Shown piece after piece: positions 38,901 through 48,334 of a DNA stretch of 64,000 nt (the stretch's first letter is position 1; each line of letters begins with the position of its first letter). The DNA comes from an uncultured delta proteobacterium (GTDB lineage: Bacteria > Desulfobacterota > Binatia > UBA9968), in assembly GCA_963727625.1 (NCBI GenBank), contig CAVSHR010000002.1, positions 736,001-800,000 on the forward strand. The letters run 5' to 3'. The translations under genes were made by a program, and so were the position numbers. A model generated the notes under the pieces. It had not been told where the DNA came from. It did not search any database and saw only the letters and a list, made by a program, of their open reading frames with translations.

Positions 38901-39627
38901 TGAACTGCCCCACCGGAATACCCGCATGGCCGCCGTCGATATGGGTGTAAATGCCGGCGCTGGCTTGGAGCTCCAGGACATCGGTCGTTGTATTCAGCGT
39001 CCAGATGCGCGCGATCGCCGCGTCCAAATGCGTTACCATCGCCTGCGTACACGACTGCAATATTTCCCTGAGCGTTCCCTTGTGGGTCAGCGCGGTATTA
39101 ACCTCGGCGTTAAACTCAGCCGAGGCGACGCGCTCGTTTAGTGTCCTGTTGGCCTGGGAAAGTTCGGAGTTGGTCTCCTCCAGTTTACGGACCAGGGCTT
39201 CGCTGTATTCTTTCATCGCCGACAATTCGTCGAGTTCCCGCAGTTGTTTAGGTCGGCTGCCTCTTGTAGCCACCGCTTCGTGAAGCGACTTGATAATGAC
39301 TTCGGGTAGAGCCGGTTTCACCACGAATTTGTCGGCGCCGAAACCCAGCGCCACTTGTTCATCCTTTGGTGAAGTATAGGTGGCGGTGTACGCGATGAAT
39401 GGAATCGAATTCAATTTTGGGTTTTTGTGGATTTCGTAACAAAGGCGATAGCCGTCCATGCGCGGCATAAGGATATCTGAGATCACCGCGTCGATCTGCT
39501 CTCGTTCGAGGATGTGCAGCGCTTCGATTCCGTCGTTGCCTTCGAATACCATGTGGCCCTCTTGCGTGAGCAGGACCCGCAGATACTTGCGGTTAACATC
39601 GCTATCGTCGACGATCAGGATCTTCAT
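35935..39627 (-). CDS. Hybrid sensor histidine kinase (REC-GAF-PAS/PAC-GAF-GAF-GAF-HisKA-HATPase)
   Basis: ILIVDD...ISDILMPRMDG; VHPEDR PAS; several GAF repeats; ISHELRTPL, NAIKFT, DTGIGI, GTGLGL. Confidence 0.92.
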   Translation of the reverse strand: MKILIVDDSDVNRKYLRVLLTQEGHMVFEGNDGIEALHILEREQIDAVISDILMPRMDGYRLCYEIHKNPKLNSIPFIAYTATYTSPKDEQVALGFGADKFVVKPALPEVIIKSLHEAVATRGSRPKQLRELDELSAMKEYSEALVRKLEETNSELSQANRTLNERVASAEFNAEVNTALTHKGTLREILQSCTQAMVTHLDAAIARIWTLNTTTDVLELQASAGIYTHIDGGHAGIPVGQFTIGLIASKRKPHLTNNVIGDARVHDQEWATREGMVAFAGYPLVLEDRLVGVIAMFARKPLGQNTLAAMESIAKAVAGAIERKTMEDELKGSEERFREIAENIRDIFYISGPRGFPFHYVSSAYEQISGRTCESVYRDPQAWLEDVHPEDRARVENAYRSNTENLDEEFRIVRPDGALRWLRSRAYPVKDASGAVLRIVGIAEDITESKRSEEMQKARQRELQTLYDLSRNTLNTLDLQQVLEDFLDKAFTVGAYDIGVIRLLDPKTRSLNAAATKGYSNSGNIEYATIDLTQQSVGVNLRRALSSRKIVLAENIPESQGWGSFKKERVLTAVMVPIYTDEQILGIIQLGSRTRRIIEPAESSLLEALACHAALAIQKAELYEQTQHNLERIRALHEIDLAITSSLDLGPRLEVLLEKIELFVPIAAASTVNLLNLETGELDPFACRGMNAEEWRTRQRHHPSSWAKRVVEKRAPIAVLDIQSIPDENNPEIYRNLGFSSHIGVPLIAQGETLGVLGLYTKEKHDFDDDEIDFLETLASQAAVAIQNSQLYESAKRQREELAERERIQRILKELNQDITKMDADTLLKKLTRTICEVFKVDVSDVRFLAGEKWSNITVASQNHIQRFSEGRFHGGATEWVIKNRKPIAIEDYREREDFTPGRVATMFGTRGFLAAPLLSKSGEVMAVIRAMSKAPRTFTAQEIDLFEQMASGAAIAIESSRLYADLQTSNKVKSEFLSIISHELRTPLNIIMGYAGLEKDDCASEANDQHRQAVQKIDTQAKALLGKINSIMEATQIESGSIGVTKQPVSISGIFQELQAVYGSSPRKELTMIWRAPDNIPPLITDYEKLQRILKNLIDNAIKFTEHGAVTISAQLAHDNESSVEREESGSERFALNAMPFMEFKVSDTGIGITQEQLPFIFELFRQADSSTTRAYEGTGLGLYIAKKYAELLAGEIVVESELGKGSTFTLTLPVSEADRLGYPCRRHE

Positions 39628-39634
39628 ATCGCAC

Positions 39635-40170
39635 TCACGATGTCCCACTTTCGCCGTCGCGAGCACCCGCGGCGCGCACGGTGATGGAGCCGCCCTTGGG
39701 AGTAAATTTTACGGCGTTGCTCAATAGGTTGTTTAAAACCTGCTCCAAACGGCGACGGTCGGCGTAAACGGGAGGCATAGTGTCGACAGCGCGCTTCAAG
39801 TTCAGTTGTTTGTTCTGCAAGGGCGCGCGGTAGTTTTCAACGACTTCGGTCACCAGCTGATCGAGATCCATCGGCGCCAAGGATAACTCGATCTTTCCTG
39901 CTTCGAGTTTCGAGAAATCGAGAAAATCCGTCGTGAGATCGACGAGCTTTCTGCCGGTGGAGCGGATTCTGCCGAGCCATAGCTTCTGCTCCGGGATAAC
40001 CGGGCCGACCCTTTCTGCTTCGAGCAGCTCGGCGGCGGCGATAACGTTCATCAGCGGGGAGCGCAGATCGTGAGCGATCATGGCGGTAAAGTCGGCTTCG
40101 AGCCTGCTCGATTCTTCGAGGGCAGCCGCATGTTTTTCGCAGCTCGTATCTTGCGCATCATGTATCACGA
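39635..40170 (-). pseudogene. Truncated histidine kinase (HisKA plus partial HATPase)
   Basis: AHDLRSPL and NLLSNAVKFTP present; stops before the G1/F/G2 boxes; no sensor domain; start unclear. Confidence 0.7.
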
Positions 40171-41678
40171 ACAACTTTCCCGCTCGCAATCCGCGGGAGG
40201 ATCGCAAAAAAAATGCTGCCTTTGCCGACGACACTGTCGACGCCGACCCTGCCTCCTTGAGCCTCAACGATTTTTTTGGTGAGCGCGAGACCCAGGCCCG
40301 CGCCCGGGAACGGCTTGGCCGCGCTTGCGTCCAATTGCGGGAACTCGACGAAGAGCCGTCCGAAGTCGTCGGACTTGATGCCGATGCCGGTGTCTTTCAC
40401 TTCGATGCGAAATTGTTCTTGGCCTTCAGGCGCTATGCGCACCGTTATACGGCCGCCGTCTGGAGTAAACTTGACGGCGTTGGAAAGATAGTTGTAGAGC
40501 ACCTGCTTGAGTTTGCCGGGATCGAGGAACACCGAGAGGACTGCCGGGTCAACCGCAGAGTCGATCTGCAAGTGCTTCTTCGCGGCCATGCCGCGTACGA
40601 TGTTGCAGGCCTCCCCAATGAGCTTTCGTAGCTCCACGGGCTCAGGTTGAAATTCGATCTTGCCGGCGTCGACTTTAGCCAGATCGAGGATATCATTAAT
40701 GAGCTGAAGCAAATGATCGGCGCTGGATAAAACGTCGCCCAGATACTCTTTGTGCGCTTCGGAAACCGGCCCGAGCCTGCCGTCCTGCATCAATTGGGAA
40801 AAGCCGATGATGGCGTTAAGGGGAGTTCTCAGCTCGTGCGACATGTTGGCGAGAAATTCGCTTTTCATCCGGTTCTCTGCTTGCGCCAAGTCACGGGCGT
40901 GCAGCGCCTGTTCCACTTGCTTGCGCTCGGTCATGTCTTGCTTGATGGCGATGAAGTGAGAGATTTTCCCGTCACCGTTCTGCACCGGCGTGATGGACTG
41001 CTGTTCGGTATAAAGCGTGCCGTCCTTGCGCCGGTTGACTATTTCGCCCGACCAGACCTCTCCGGACAGAATCGTGTTCCAAAGATCCCGGTAGACGTGC
41101 TGGTCCTGCATGCCCGACTTCAACAGCCGCGGGTTTTGGCCAAGGGTCTCTTGCGAAGAATAGCCGGTCAGTTTGCTAAACGCGGGGTTGACCCAAAGGA
41201 TGCGACCCTCTCGATCCGTGATCATGATGCCGTTAACCGCGGCCGTTAGCGCGGCTGACTGCAGACGCATCTGTGCTTCGGCGACCTTGCGCACGCGCAA
41301 ATCCCCAGCCTCCTGAAGGGTGCGCTTGATACAGGGAACGAGACGGGCCAGGTTGTGCTTGAGCACGTAGTCGGTCGCGCCCAGTTTGACCATCTCGGTC
41401 GCGATCTCCTCGCCCAAAGTGCCGGAGACGAAGATGTAAGGCACGTCAGGGCGCTTTTTGCAGGCGATCTCAAGTGCGGCACGGCCATTGAAAGTTGGCA
41501 GGGCGTAATCGGCCAGGATCAGGTCGAGGTCGCGCGCTTCAAGCGCGCTGAGGAAAGCTTCGGGCGTCTCTACGACGTCGGTATCAAGCGCAAAGCCGGC
41601 CTGTTCGAGCGTCAGGCGCACCAACTCGGCGTCCTTAGCGGAGCCTTCGAGATGGAGAATGTGAAGGCGTTTTTCCAT
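40158..41678 (-). CDS. Hybrid sensor histidine kinase (REC-PAS-HisKA-HATPase)
   Basis: LILADYALP receiver; GQNPRLLKSG PAS; MSHELRTPL, NAVKFT, DTGIGI, GAGLGL. Confidence 0.9.
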   Translation of the reverse strand: MEKRLHILHLEGSAKDAELVRLTLEQAGFALDTDVVETPEAFLSALEARDLDLILADYALPTFNGRAALEIACKKRPDVPYIFVSGTLGEEIATEMVKLGATDYVLKHNLARLVPCIKRTLQEAGDLRVRKVAEAQMRLQSAALTAAVNGIMITDREGRILWVNPAFSKLTGYSSQETLGQNPRLLKSGMQDQHVYRDLWNTILSGEVWSGEIVNRRKDGTLYTEQQSITPVQNGDGKISHFIAIKQDMTERKQVEQALHARDLAQAENRMKSEFLANMSHELRTPLNAIIGFSQLMQDGRLGPVSEAHKEYLGDVLSSADHLLQLINDILDLAKVDAGKIEFQPEPVELRKLIGEACNIVRGMAAKKHLQIDSAVDPAVLSVFLDPGKLKQVLYNYLSNAVKFTPDGGRITVRIAPEGQEQFRIEVKDTGIGIKSDDFGRLFVEFPQLDASAAKPFPGAGLGLALTKKIVEAQGGRVGVDSVVGKGSIFFAILPRIASGKVVRDT

Positions 41679-41684
41679 AATGTC

Positions 41685-42131
41685 TTATCTCATGGTTCTC
41701 GGCGGCGGCTCATTGACCACCTCCCGGAAAACGCCCAGCTCTCTCACCGCGGCCAGGAATTGCTCGAAATCCAGCGGCTTGACCCCATAGGCGTTAACGC
41801 CGACGTCATACGCGCGCGCCACGTCGCGATCGTCGCGCGAGGAAGTCAGCATGACGACAGGAAGGTTCTTGAGCGGGCCGGCGTCCCGGATCCGCTTTAG
41901 TACCTCCGGTCCGTCGATCTTCGGCAGCTTGAGATCGAGCAGGACGACGGCCGGATTGCCGTTGGGCCGCGCGCTGTGGGGTCCGGCATGAGTGAGGTAG
42001 TCCGTCGCCTCCTGGCCGCCCTGAGTCACGTCCACTTGATTGGCGAGCTTGTAGTCCTCAAGCGCGGCCAGAACGAGCTCGATGTCCTTCGGGTTATCTT
42101 CGACCAGCAGGATTCGTTTGAGTTGACGCAT
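41685..42131 (-). CDS. Single-domain response regulator (Rcp1-like)
   Basis: [33 protein letters not shown]. Confidence 0.9.
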   Translation of the reverse strand: MRQLKRILLVEDNPKDIELVLAALEDYKLANQVDVTQGGQEATDYLTHAGPHSARPNGNPAVVLLDLKLPKIDGPEVLKRIRDAGPLKNLPVVMLTSSRDDRDVARAYDVGVNAYGVKPLDFEQFLAAVRELGVFREVVNEPPPRTMR

Positions 42132-43490
42132 CGTGAATACAAATTTCCTTCCGTCGTTCGATTTCGGATTGCGGATTCATCGGGCGTGATGCATCGCCCC
42201 TATATGAAAACTGTCTTGCCCTTTGCGCCATGCACTCAGCACTTTGCGTCTTTTCCGCCGCCGGGACCGGCAGAGAAAAATAAAACGTTGCGCCCCGATC
42301 CAGTTCGCTCTCGGCCCAGGTGCGCCCGCCGTGGCGGCTGATAATGCGCCTGACGTTGGCTAGCCCTATGCCCGTGCCTTTGAAATCGGCGGCCCGGTGC
42401 AGCGGTTGAAACACGCCGAATAGTTTGTCGACGTAGCGCATGTCGAAACCGACGCCGTTGTCCCGGACAAACACCGTGACCTCGCCCGGCTTGTCGTCCA
42501 GCGCGCCGATCTCGATCTTGGCCTGTGGCCGGGTGCGAGTGAATTTGAGCGCGTTGGAAATGAGGTTTGCCAGGACCAGCCGTAGCATCGCCCGGTCTCC
42601 CTGGACCCCGGGCAGTGACTCGATGCGCCAGTCGATAATGGGGTTTGGGCCTCCCGGCTAAGCGCGCCGACGGCTTCGCGGACGAGATCGTTGAGATCGA
42701 TGGTTTCGACACGCCGCTCGACGCGTCCTATGTGCGAAAATGCGAGCAGATCATCGATCAGCACGCTCATCTCTCGCGCCGAATCGAGAATTGTTTCGAT
42801 GTGTCTCCGGCCCGTTTCGTCCAACTTGTCGACCGCGCTCTTTTTCAGCAGCTCGCCGAATCCCTGCATGTGCCTAAGCGGCGCTCGGAGATCGTGAGAG
42901 ACCGAGTAGCTGAAGGACTCAAGCTCTTTGTTGGTGTCTTCGAGCTCAGCCGTTCGTGCCCGGATACGTTCCTCCAGATCGCTATTGAGGCGGCTGATCT
43001 CCGCCGCATCCCTGAGCTGTGCGCTGATGTCGGTGACCACCAGCGCGATCGCCTGCATCCCGTCGTCGGAGAAAAGGTTCGCGGAAAGGTGCACCCGCAG
43101 AATCTTGTTTTGCGCCGTCACCAGCGAGACGGCGGCTTGGGGGCGCGGGGCTCCGGTTTTCAGTTTTAGCAGTGTCTCGGTCATCTCTTGATCGGCGGGC
43201 GCAATGAATTTTTGGAAGGCGCAACCCAGGATATCGTTGAGTGGGCTTTCAACCATGTTGGCGAAATGACGATTGCAATAAAGAATCGTGCCGTCGGTTG
43301 CGAGCGTCAGCGCGCCTTCGGAGATCGTTTCGAACAAGATACGATAGAGCCGATCGACCGATTTCAGTGTGAAAACTTTCGGGCCCTGCGGGTCGGCGAC
43401 AACCAGCGCGTCCACTTCGCTGGCGTGGATGGCGCGCAGCTCGGCGTTTTCTTGAAGGAGCGCCGCTTTACCGTTCGATGGCTTTGACAT
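42094..43490 (-). pseudogene. PAS histidine kinase of the kaiB-associated type, frameshifted near 42645
   Basis: AIHASEVDALVV...FTL N-terminus; SYSVSHDLRAPL in one frame; NALKFT, DNGVGFD and GTGIGL in another. Confidence 0.85.
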
Positions 43491-43492
43491 CG

Positions 43493-43873
43493 CTACTTTG
43501 AACACTCCTCGGCCGCCGCCCGCGGCTCCTCGGCCGTCCGCAAATCCATGCCGACGAGGATGCGCTCGGGGTTGCTCATATCGCCGATGATACGGCGCAG
43601 CGGCAGCGGCAGTTTCTTTACCAGCGTCGGAGCCGCGATGATCTGCTCGCCTTCGGGCAGGTTCGGATGCTGGCAAATATCAATCGCCTCCGGATCGTAA
43701 CGGCCGTGGAGATGCTCCTCGCAGATTTTACGGATGTTCCGGATAGGCTGCGTCGAGCGCGGCGTCATGCCGGAGATGTAGAGGCGCAAGGCATAGCGCT
43801 GGGTCTGCCGTTTGGCGGCGGCCTTCTCGAGCGCGGCCTGGGTTTTCGATATTTTGGTTTTCATGGGCGTCAT
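43493..43873 (-). CDS. kaiB: KaiB family protein
   Basis: YALRLYISGMTPRS, NIRKICEEHL, IIAAPTLVKKLPLPLRRIIGDMSN. Confidence 0.92.
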   Translation of the reverse strand: MTPMKTKISKTQAALEKAAAKRQTQRYALRLYISGMTPRSTQPIRNIRKICEEHLHGRYDPEAIDICQHPNLPEGEQIIAAPTLVKKLPLPLRRIIGDMSNPERILVGMDLRTAEEPRAAAEECSK

Positions 43874-43890
43874 GACTTTCCATCAGCCGT

Positions 43891-44445
43891 TCACGCCTGG
43901 CGCAGGTTGAGTCTGGCCAGCACAACGCGCTTGGCGCCGACGCTGTCAATCGCGCTGCCGAGGCGGATGAACAGACCTTCCAGATCGTATTCGCCGGTTT
44001 CCTCGATCTCGCTCCGTTCGACGACGACGTGATCCACGATGACTTTCTCGCGGCGGATGAGCGAGTCCAGATCGAAGCCAAGCGAAGCGCCGTTGGCGTT
44101 GAGTTCTTTGCTGGTTTCCTCAAAGGCCATGAAGACGCCCGGCTCTTTGAACTCGCGCGCGCCGCGTATGATGAATTCCATGGCGAGCAGCGTCTTGCCG
44201 GAGCCGGCCGCACCGCAGATGAGCGTGGGCCGAGCCTTGGGCAGGCCGCCGCCGGTGATTTCATCCAGGCCGCGAATGCCGGTGGCACACTTCGGCAGGT
44301 TATAAGCGGGTCGATTCCCGTTAGGGAATTTCTTTCTGCCTCCGGGCCGAGGTATCGACCCGCCGCGGCTCAATGCTGAAACATGGGCGGCCGGTTTGAT
44401 CCGATAGCTTGTCGTCCGAAACTTGCCGGCAGACTTTTGCTTCAT
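43891..44445 (-). pseudogene. kaiC: Truncated KaiC (N-terminal part of the CI ATPase domain only)
   Basis: TGIRGLDEITGGGLP, GAAGSGKT, FEE, GEYDLEGLFIRL, AKRVVL, then an unrelated tail and stop before the Walker B Asp. Confidence 0.88.
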
Positions 44446-44591
44446 TAGCTAGGTTCTCTTTCGAGGCTGAGAAGACGCACGGTTTTGCTCGGCCAGTCCG
44501 ATGAAGATCAATTGCGGTTCCTTGGCGCTGCTCAGCCTATCCGCTGGTTTTTAACCAATAGGCGGCTGTTGCTCGTTGCGAGCTTTTGTGT

Positions 44592-44607
44592 CGCAAAGTT
44601 CAAGCCG
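44592..44607 (-). promoter_or_regulatory. Possible sigma54 promoter of the kai operon
   Basis: Minus strand CGGCTTG-AACT-TTGCG with GG-N10-GC spacing, ~150 bp upstream of the kaiC ATG. Confidence 0.3.
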
Positions 44608-45189
44608 GTTATTCCCGAAATGACAGGAATTCCTTCGATGTCCCTTGCGCGTCAAATTTTTATCTCAATTTTGCAACCAAACCGTGGTGCGCTCTGTCAA
44701 CCGTACAATGAGTCTCCGCGTTGTTTGATGAATCTCTTGTTCTTTGGTGATTCACGATTGCCTTAGAATCTTTTCGTTACGGTTCGTTTGAGCTGGTATG
44801 GTTGCGGGAAATCATCCGCCGGCTCAACATTTCGCTCCAGTGAAGCTAGCAAGGGATCGACGCCATAAACATGGAGCCTTGCGCGTGCGACGAAAACAAC
44901 GATCACCGAATCCCTTATTGGGGCTCGCGACGGGATGGTGACAAGATCTTATATGCAGAGAGAAGAACTCACTCTCGCGCTGCCGGCCAAACATCCCCAC
45001 GGTGAGCCGCTTTGACGCGCTAGGTTTGACCGTGGGTACGACCAATTCATGGCGCAGCGTTGCCGGCGATGTCGCTGTCACATAACCCCGCTTCTGTCAC
45101 CGCAATGATGGCGGAAACTCGATTCTGTAGCCGTGAATCAAAGAGCGCTATCGGGTGAATACCTTAGAGGGTGGGGGGAAATTACCTGA

Positions 45190-45342
45190 GAGCCAAGTGC
45201 AGTCCAACACCCGGACGCGGCGGGGTGTCTAGGGAAAAGGCTTCTCTAGGTCCTTGCCTATCCTGAAACATTCATCCCGAGTTGGCACAGACCGCTAAAA
45301 CTAGGTGTCTGAGGCGCACGACTACTCCAGGCACTTGGGTTG
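45190..45342. ncRNA. Candidate multi-stem structured RNA of unknown family
   Basis: Closing stem CCAAGTGC (45193-45200)/GCACTTGG (45331-45338) encloses several hairpins, within a 1-kb gene-free gap. Confidence 0.3.
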
Positions 45343-45410
45343 ATCCAAGGACTCTTACAAATGCTTGGGTTGCGTGATCTCGCGGGGCGTCCCGCCGAGG
45401 CGTCGGATGC

Positions 45411-45435
45411 GCGTTTTTTGCAGAGCAAAAAACGC
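45411..45435. terminator. Hairpin just downstream of the VOC gene
   Basis: GCGTTTTTTGC-AGA-GCAAAAAACGC, a perfect 11-bp stem within 10 nt of the stop at 45444. Confidence 0.4.
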
Positions 45436-45443
45436 CGATCGCC

Positions 45444-45926
45444 TCAGTGACCGGCGGCTTGTAGCCCGCTCGCCGCCGCGACGATCTCGCCGACGCTCTT
45501 GTCGAGATCGAGCGGCCGGTTGATGCGCTTTTCGTCGCGCTCGGCCACCAGCGCGTAAATTTCCAAGCGGTTGCCTTCGGGATCGAGAAAGTAGCAGGAG
45601 ACGGTGTTGCCCATCTCTTCATAAGCGTGGCTCACGCAGTGATCGATGGGCACGCCCTTCGCCTTGAAGCGATCGTAAAATTCTTTCACTTCCGCCGGTG
45701 TGTCGACGCGCCAGGCGATATGGGCGATGATCTTGGCGTCGCCTTCGCGTCCTTTCGCGAGCGCGAGCTCATGGTCTTCGGCATCGGGATCAGCGGTGAG
45801 AAACACCATGCGTCCGGCGTGCTCACGATATTTGACCAGCCCGAGAACGTCCCGATAAAACCCGACCATTTTGTCCAGATCGTTGACGTAAAGCACCACA
45901 TGGCTGAGACCTCTAATGGTTGGCAT
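45444..45926 (-). CDS. VOC/glyoxalase family protein (extradiol dioxygenase-like)
   Basis: GLSHVVL, FYRDVLGL, HELAL, HIAW, YFLDPEGNRLE. Confidence 0.9.
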   Translation of the reverse strand: MPTIRGLSHVVLYVNDLDKMVGFYRDVLGLVKYREHAGRMVFLTADPDAEDHELALAKGREGDAKIIAHIAWRVDTPAEVKEFYDRFKAKGVPIDHCVSHAYEEMGNTVSCYFLDPEGNRLEIYALVAERDEKRINRPLDLDKSVGEIVAAASGLQAAGH

Positions 45927-46327
45927 GGCAACCCCTCCTTATTTTGAAAGCCAATCGCGAATCCGGCGACCGAGCGGACCGCAATCAAAATCACCCCTAT
46001 GAACCGAAACTATCCGATTCCTTTGTCCGCTGTCAACGAAAGATCCTTTGGAAAATTCCTCGGCGGATCGCCGCCATTTCGCTTCCAACACAGGTCGTGA
46101 TAAAGCGCTGAGACCGCACCGGTTTTTGCTTGCCTCCCTCTTGCTCGGCGGTCAACGAATGTATCACCGATATTCAGTTCGACATATCTTAGACCAACTC
46201 TCGACAAGACCCGCAGGTATTGTGCTATAGAAAAGAGGGTTGCTTCTTGCAGTGACAACCCAACCGCCCTACGGCTAACCGGTAAAATATTTCAGACGAG
46301 AGAAAGGAAAGGAAAGGTAAGGTAAGA

Positions 46328-47326
46328 ATGATCAGGCGAGTCTCTATTTGTTCGATGGTCGCGTTGGCGCTTTGCGTTGCGTCGACCTTATTCGCTCAGG
46401 ATAAAAAACTGGAATTTCTTCGTGTCGGCGGCGGTTCGGCGTCGGCCACACAGATGTCGCTCTGGCTGGCCAAAGAGGGCGGCTATTACGAAAGGAACGG
46501 CTTGAATGTGGAAGTGATCAGCATCCCGGGCAGCTCGCTGGCGATCCAGGCGATGTTGTCCGGCGAGGTGCCGATCATTCAGGCCGGGGGTGCAGGGCCG
46601 ATCCAAGCGGCGCTGTCGGGCACGGACACCGTCATCATTGCGACCATCGCAAAGAAATTTAACTGGTGGATCTTCGGCCAACCGAGCATCGCCCGCATGG
46701 AAGATCTGAAAGGCAAGGTGTTCGGGGTCACGCGCTTCGGCACCCAGTCCGATCTGGCCTCGCGTATCGCGATTCGCCGCTCCGGCCTGGAACCGGACCG
46801 CGACGTGATCATGGTCCAAACCGGCGGCCCGGCCGAGACGGTTGCGGCAATGGCGGCCGGCAAGGTGCACGCGGCGGCGATTACGCCCCCGGCCACGCTA
46901 CTGGCGAAAAGATTGAAGCTCAAAGAGCTCATGGACCTTTCTCATCTCGATGTCGAGTATCATGTCAACGGCGTGGTCACGACCCGCCGTTTTATCAAGT
47001 CCAACGAAGACACCGTGCGGCGTTTTCTTCGTGCTTACATCGAGGGCGCGGTGCGCGGCATGAAGGACAAGCCGTTCGCGATGAAGACCATGGGAAAGTA
47101 TTTTCGCACCAGCGATAGAGAGGTGCTCGATGAAACCTATGAGTTGATCATCAAAAACGGATTCACGGTGCCGCCTTATCCGGCGGGAATTGCGGACTTG
47201 CTGCAGGATCTCGAGCGGACGGTGCCGAAAGCCAAGAGTGCCAAGCCGGAGGATTTCATGGATAGTCACTTCGTGCGCGAGCTCGATCGGAGCGGATTTA
47301 TAAAATCGGTGTTGGCGGGCCGTTGA
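46328..47326 (+). CDS. NitT/TauT family ABC substrate-binding protein
   Basis: Signal peptide; WLAKEGGYYERNGLNVE, DLKGKVFGVTRFG, SGFIK. Confidence 0.9.
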   Translation: MIRRVSICSMVALALCVASTLFAQDKKLEFLRVGGGSASATQMSLWLAKEGGYYERNGLNVEVISIPGSSLAIQAMLSGEVPIIQAGGAGPIQAALSGTDTVIIATIAKKFNWWIFGQPSIARMEDLKGKVFGVTRFGTQSDLASRIAIRRSGLEPDRDVIMVQTGGPAETVAAMAAGKVHAAAITPPATLLAKRLKLKELMDLSHLDVEYHVNGVVTTRRFIKSNEDTVRRFLRAYIEGAVRGMKDKPFAMKTMGKYFRTSDREVLDETYELIIKNGFTVPPYPAGIADLLQDLERTVPKAKSAKPEDFMDSHFVRELDRSGFIKSVLAGR

Positions 47327-47393
47327 GCGAAGTCTCGAGCTCGCGCTTGCTCGGTGGCGTCGATAACGAGATTCGATTCCGAGGATTCAATCT

Positions 47394-48287
47394 ATGAAGG
47401 AATCGTCAGAGGATCGCTTTCGCATAACCTTGCTCGGCACCGGCGCCCCGCCGCCGGCTTTGGACCGCTTCGGGCCGAGCACGCTGGTCGAAGTCGGCGA
47501 TCAAAAATTCATTTTCGACGCCGGCCGCGGCGCCATGCAGCGGCTCTGCCAGCTCGGCATTCCGTTCGGCGACATCACAGGAATCTTTTTGACCCATCAC
47601 CATTCCGATCACGTGGTCGGCTTTCCCGACCTCTGGCTAACGGGGTGGATCGGGCGGCCGTGGGGTAAAAGAACAACGCCGCTTCAGGTATGGGGCCCCG
47701 TAGGGACCAAGCAAATGATGGATCACTTGCCGCAGGCGTTCGCTGTCGACATCCGTGTGCGGCAGAGAAACTATCCTCCGGACGGAGTGAAATTAGTTCC
47801 ATGCGAAATCCGCGGAGGAATTGTTTTTGAAACGGGTGGAATCAAAATTAGCGCCTTCGAAGTCGATCATGGCGGCGAGGAGCTTTCCGCCTTCGGCTAC
47901 CGCATCGATTATGACGGGCGCGCGGCGGTGCTGTCGGGCGACACGACGTTCAATGAGAACCTGATTCGCCATTCCCGGGGTGCCGACCTGCTGGTGCACG
48001 AAGTTACGGCGGCGGCCGGCGCCGCGGCGGAAAGCGCGCAGCAGCTCAAGCGCATCGCCGCCAATCACACCACGCCGGAACAAGCCGGCGAGATTTTCTC
48101 GCGGGTCAAGCCGAAGCTGGCGGTCTACAATCACCTCTTGTTGTTCGGCGGTGCGACCGCTGAGGACTTGATCCCCGCCACCAGACGGAAATACGACGGT
48201 CCGTTAAGAGTCGGAGAAGATTTATTGCGGATCGAAATCGGGCAAGAAGTTGTTGCGACGCCATTCAAGAATCCGATAGAACGTTAG
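47394..48287 (+). CDS. MBL-fold metallo-hydrolase (RNase Z/arylsulfatase AtsA-like)
   Basis: LLGTG, FDAGRG, THHHSDH, SGDT, VHE, NHT, NH. Confidence 0.9.
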   Translation: MKESSEDRFRITLLGTGAPPPALDRFGPSTLVEVGDQKFIFDAGRGAMQRLCQLGIPFGDITGIFLTHHHSDHVVGFPDLWLTGWIGRPWGKRTTPLQVWGPVGTKQMMDHLPQAFAVDIRVRQRNYPPDGVKLVPCEIRGGIVFETGGIKISAFEVDHGGEELSAFGYRIDYDGRAAVLSGDTTFNENLIRHSRGADLLVHEVTAAAGAAAESAQQLKRIAANHTTPEQAGEIFSRVKPKLAVYNHLLLFGGATAEDLIPATRRKYDGPLRVGEDLLRIEIGQEVVATPFKNPIER

Positions 48288-48334
48288 GACGCTCAACCAG
48301 AAACCATCTTCGTCGAGATAGGTAAGGAATTTAG

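Noticed and set aside
45300-45320. GTGCGCC on the minus strand as a group II intron 5' end
   Set aside because: No domain V/VI and no reverse transcriptase nearby.
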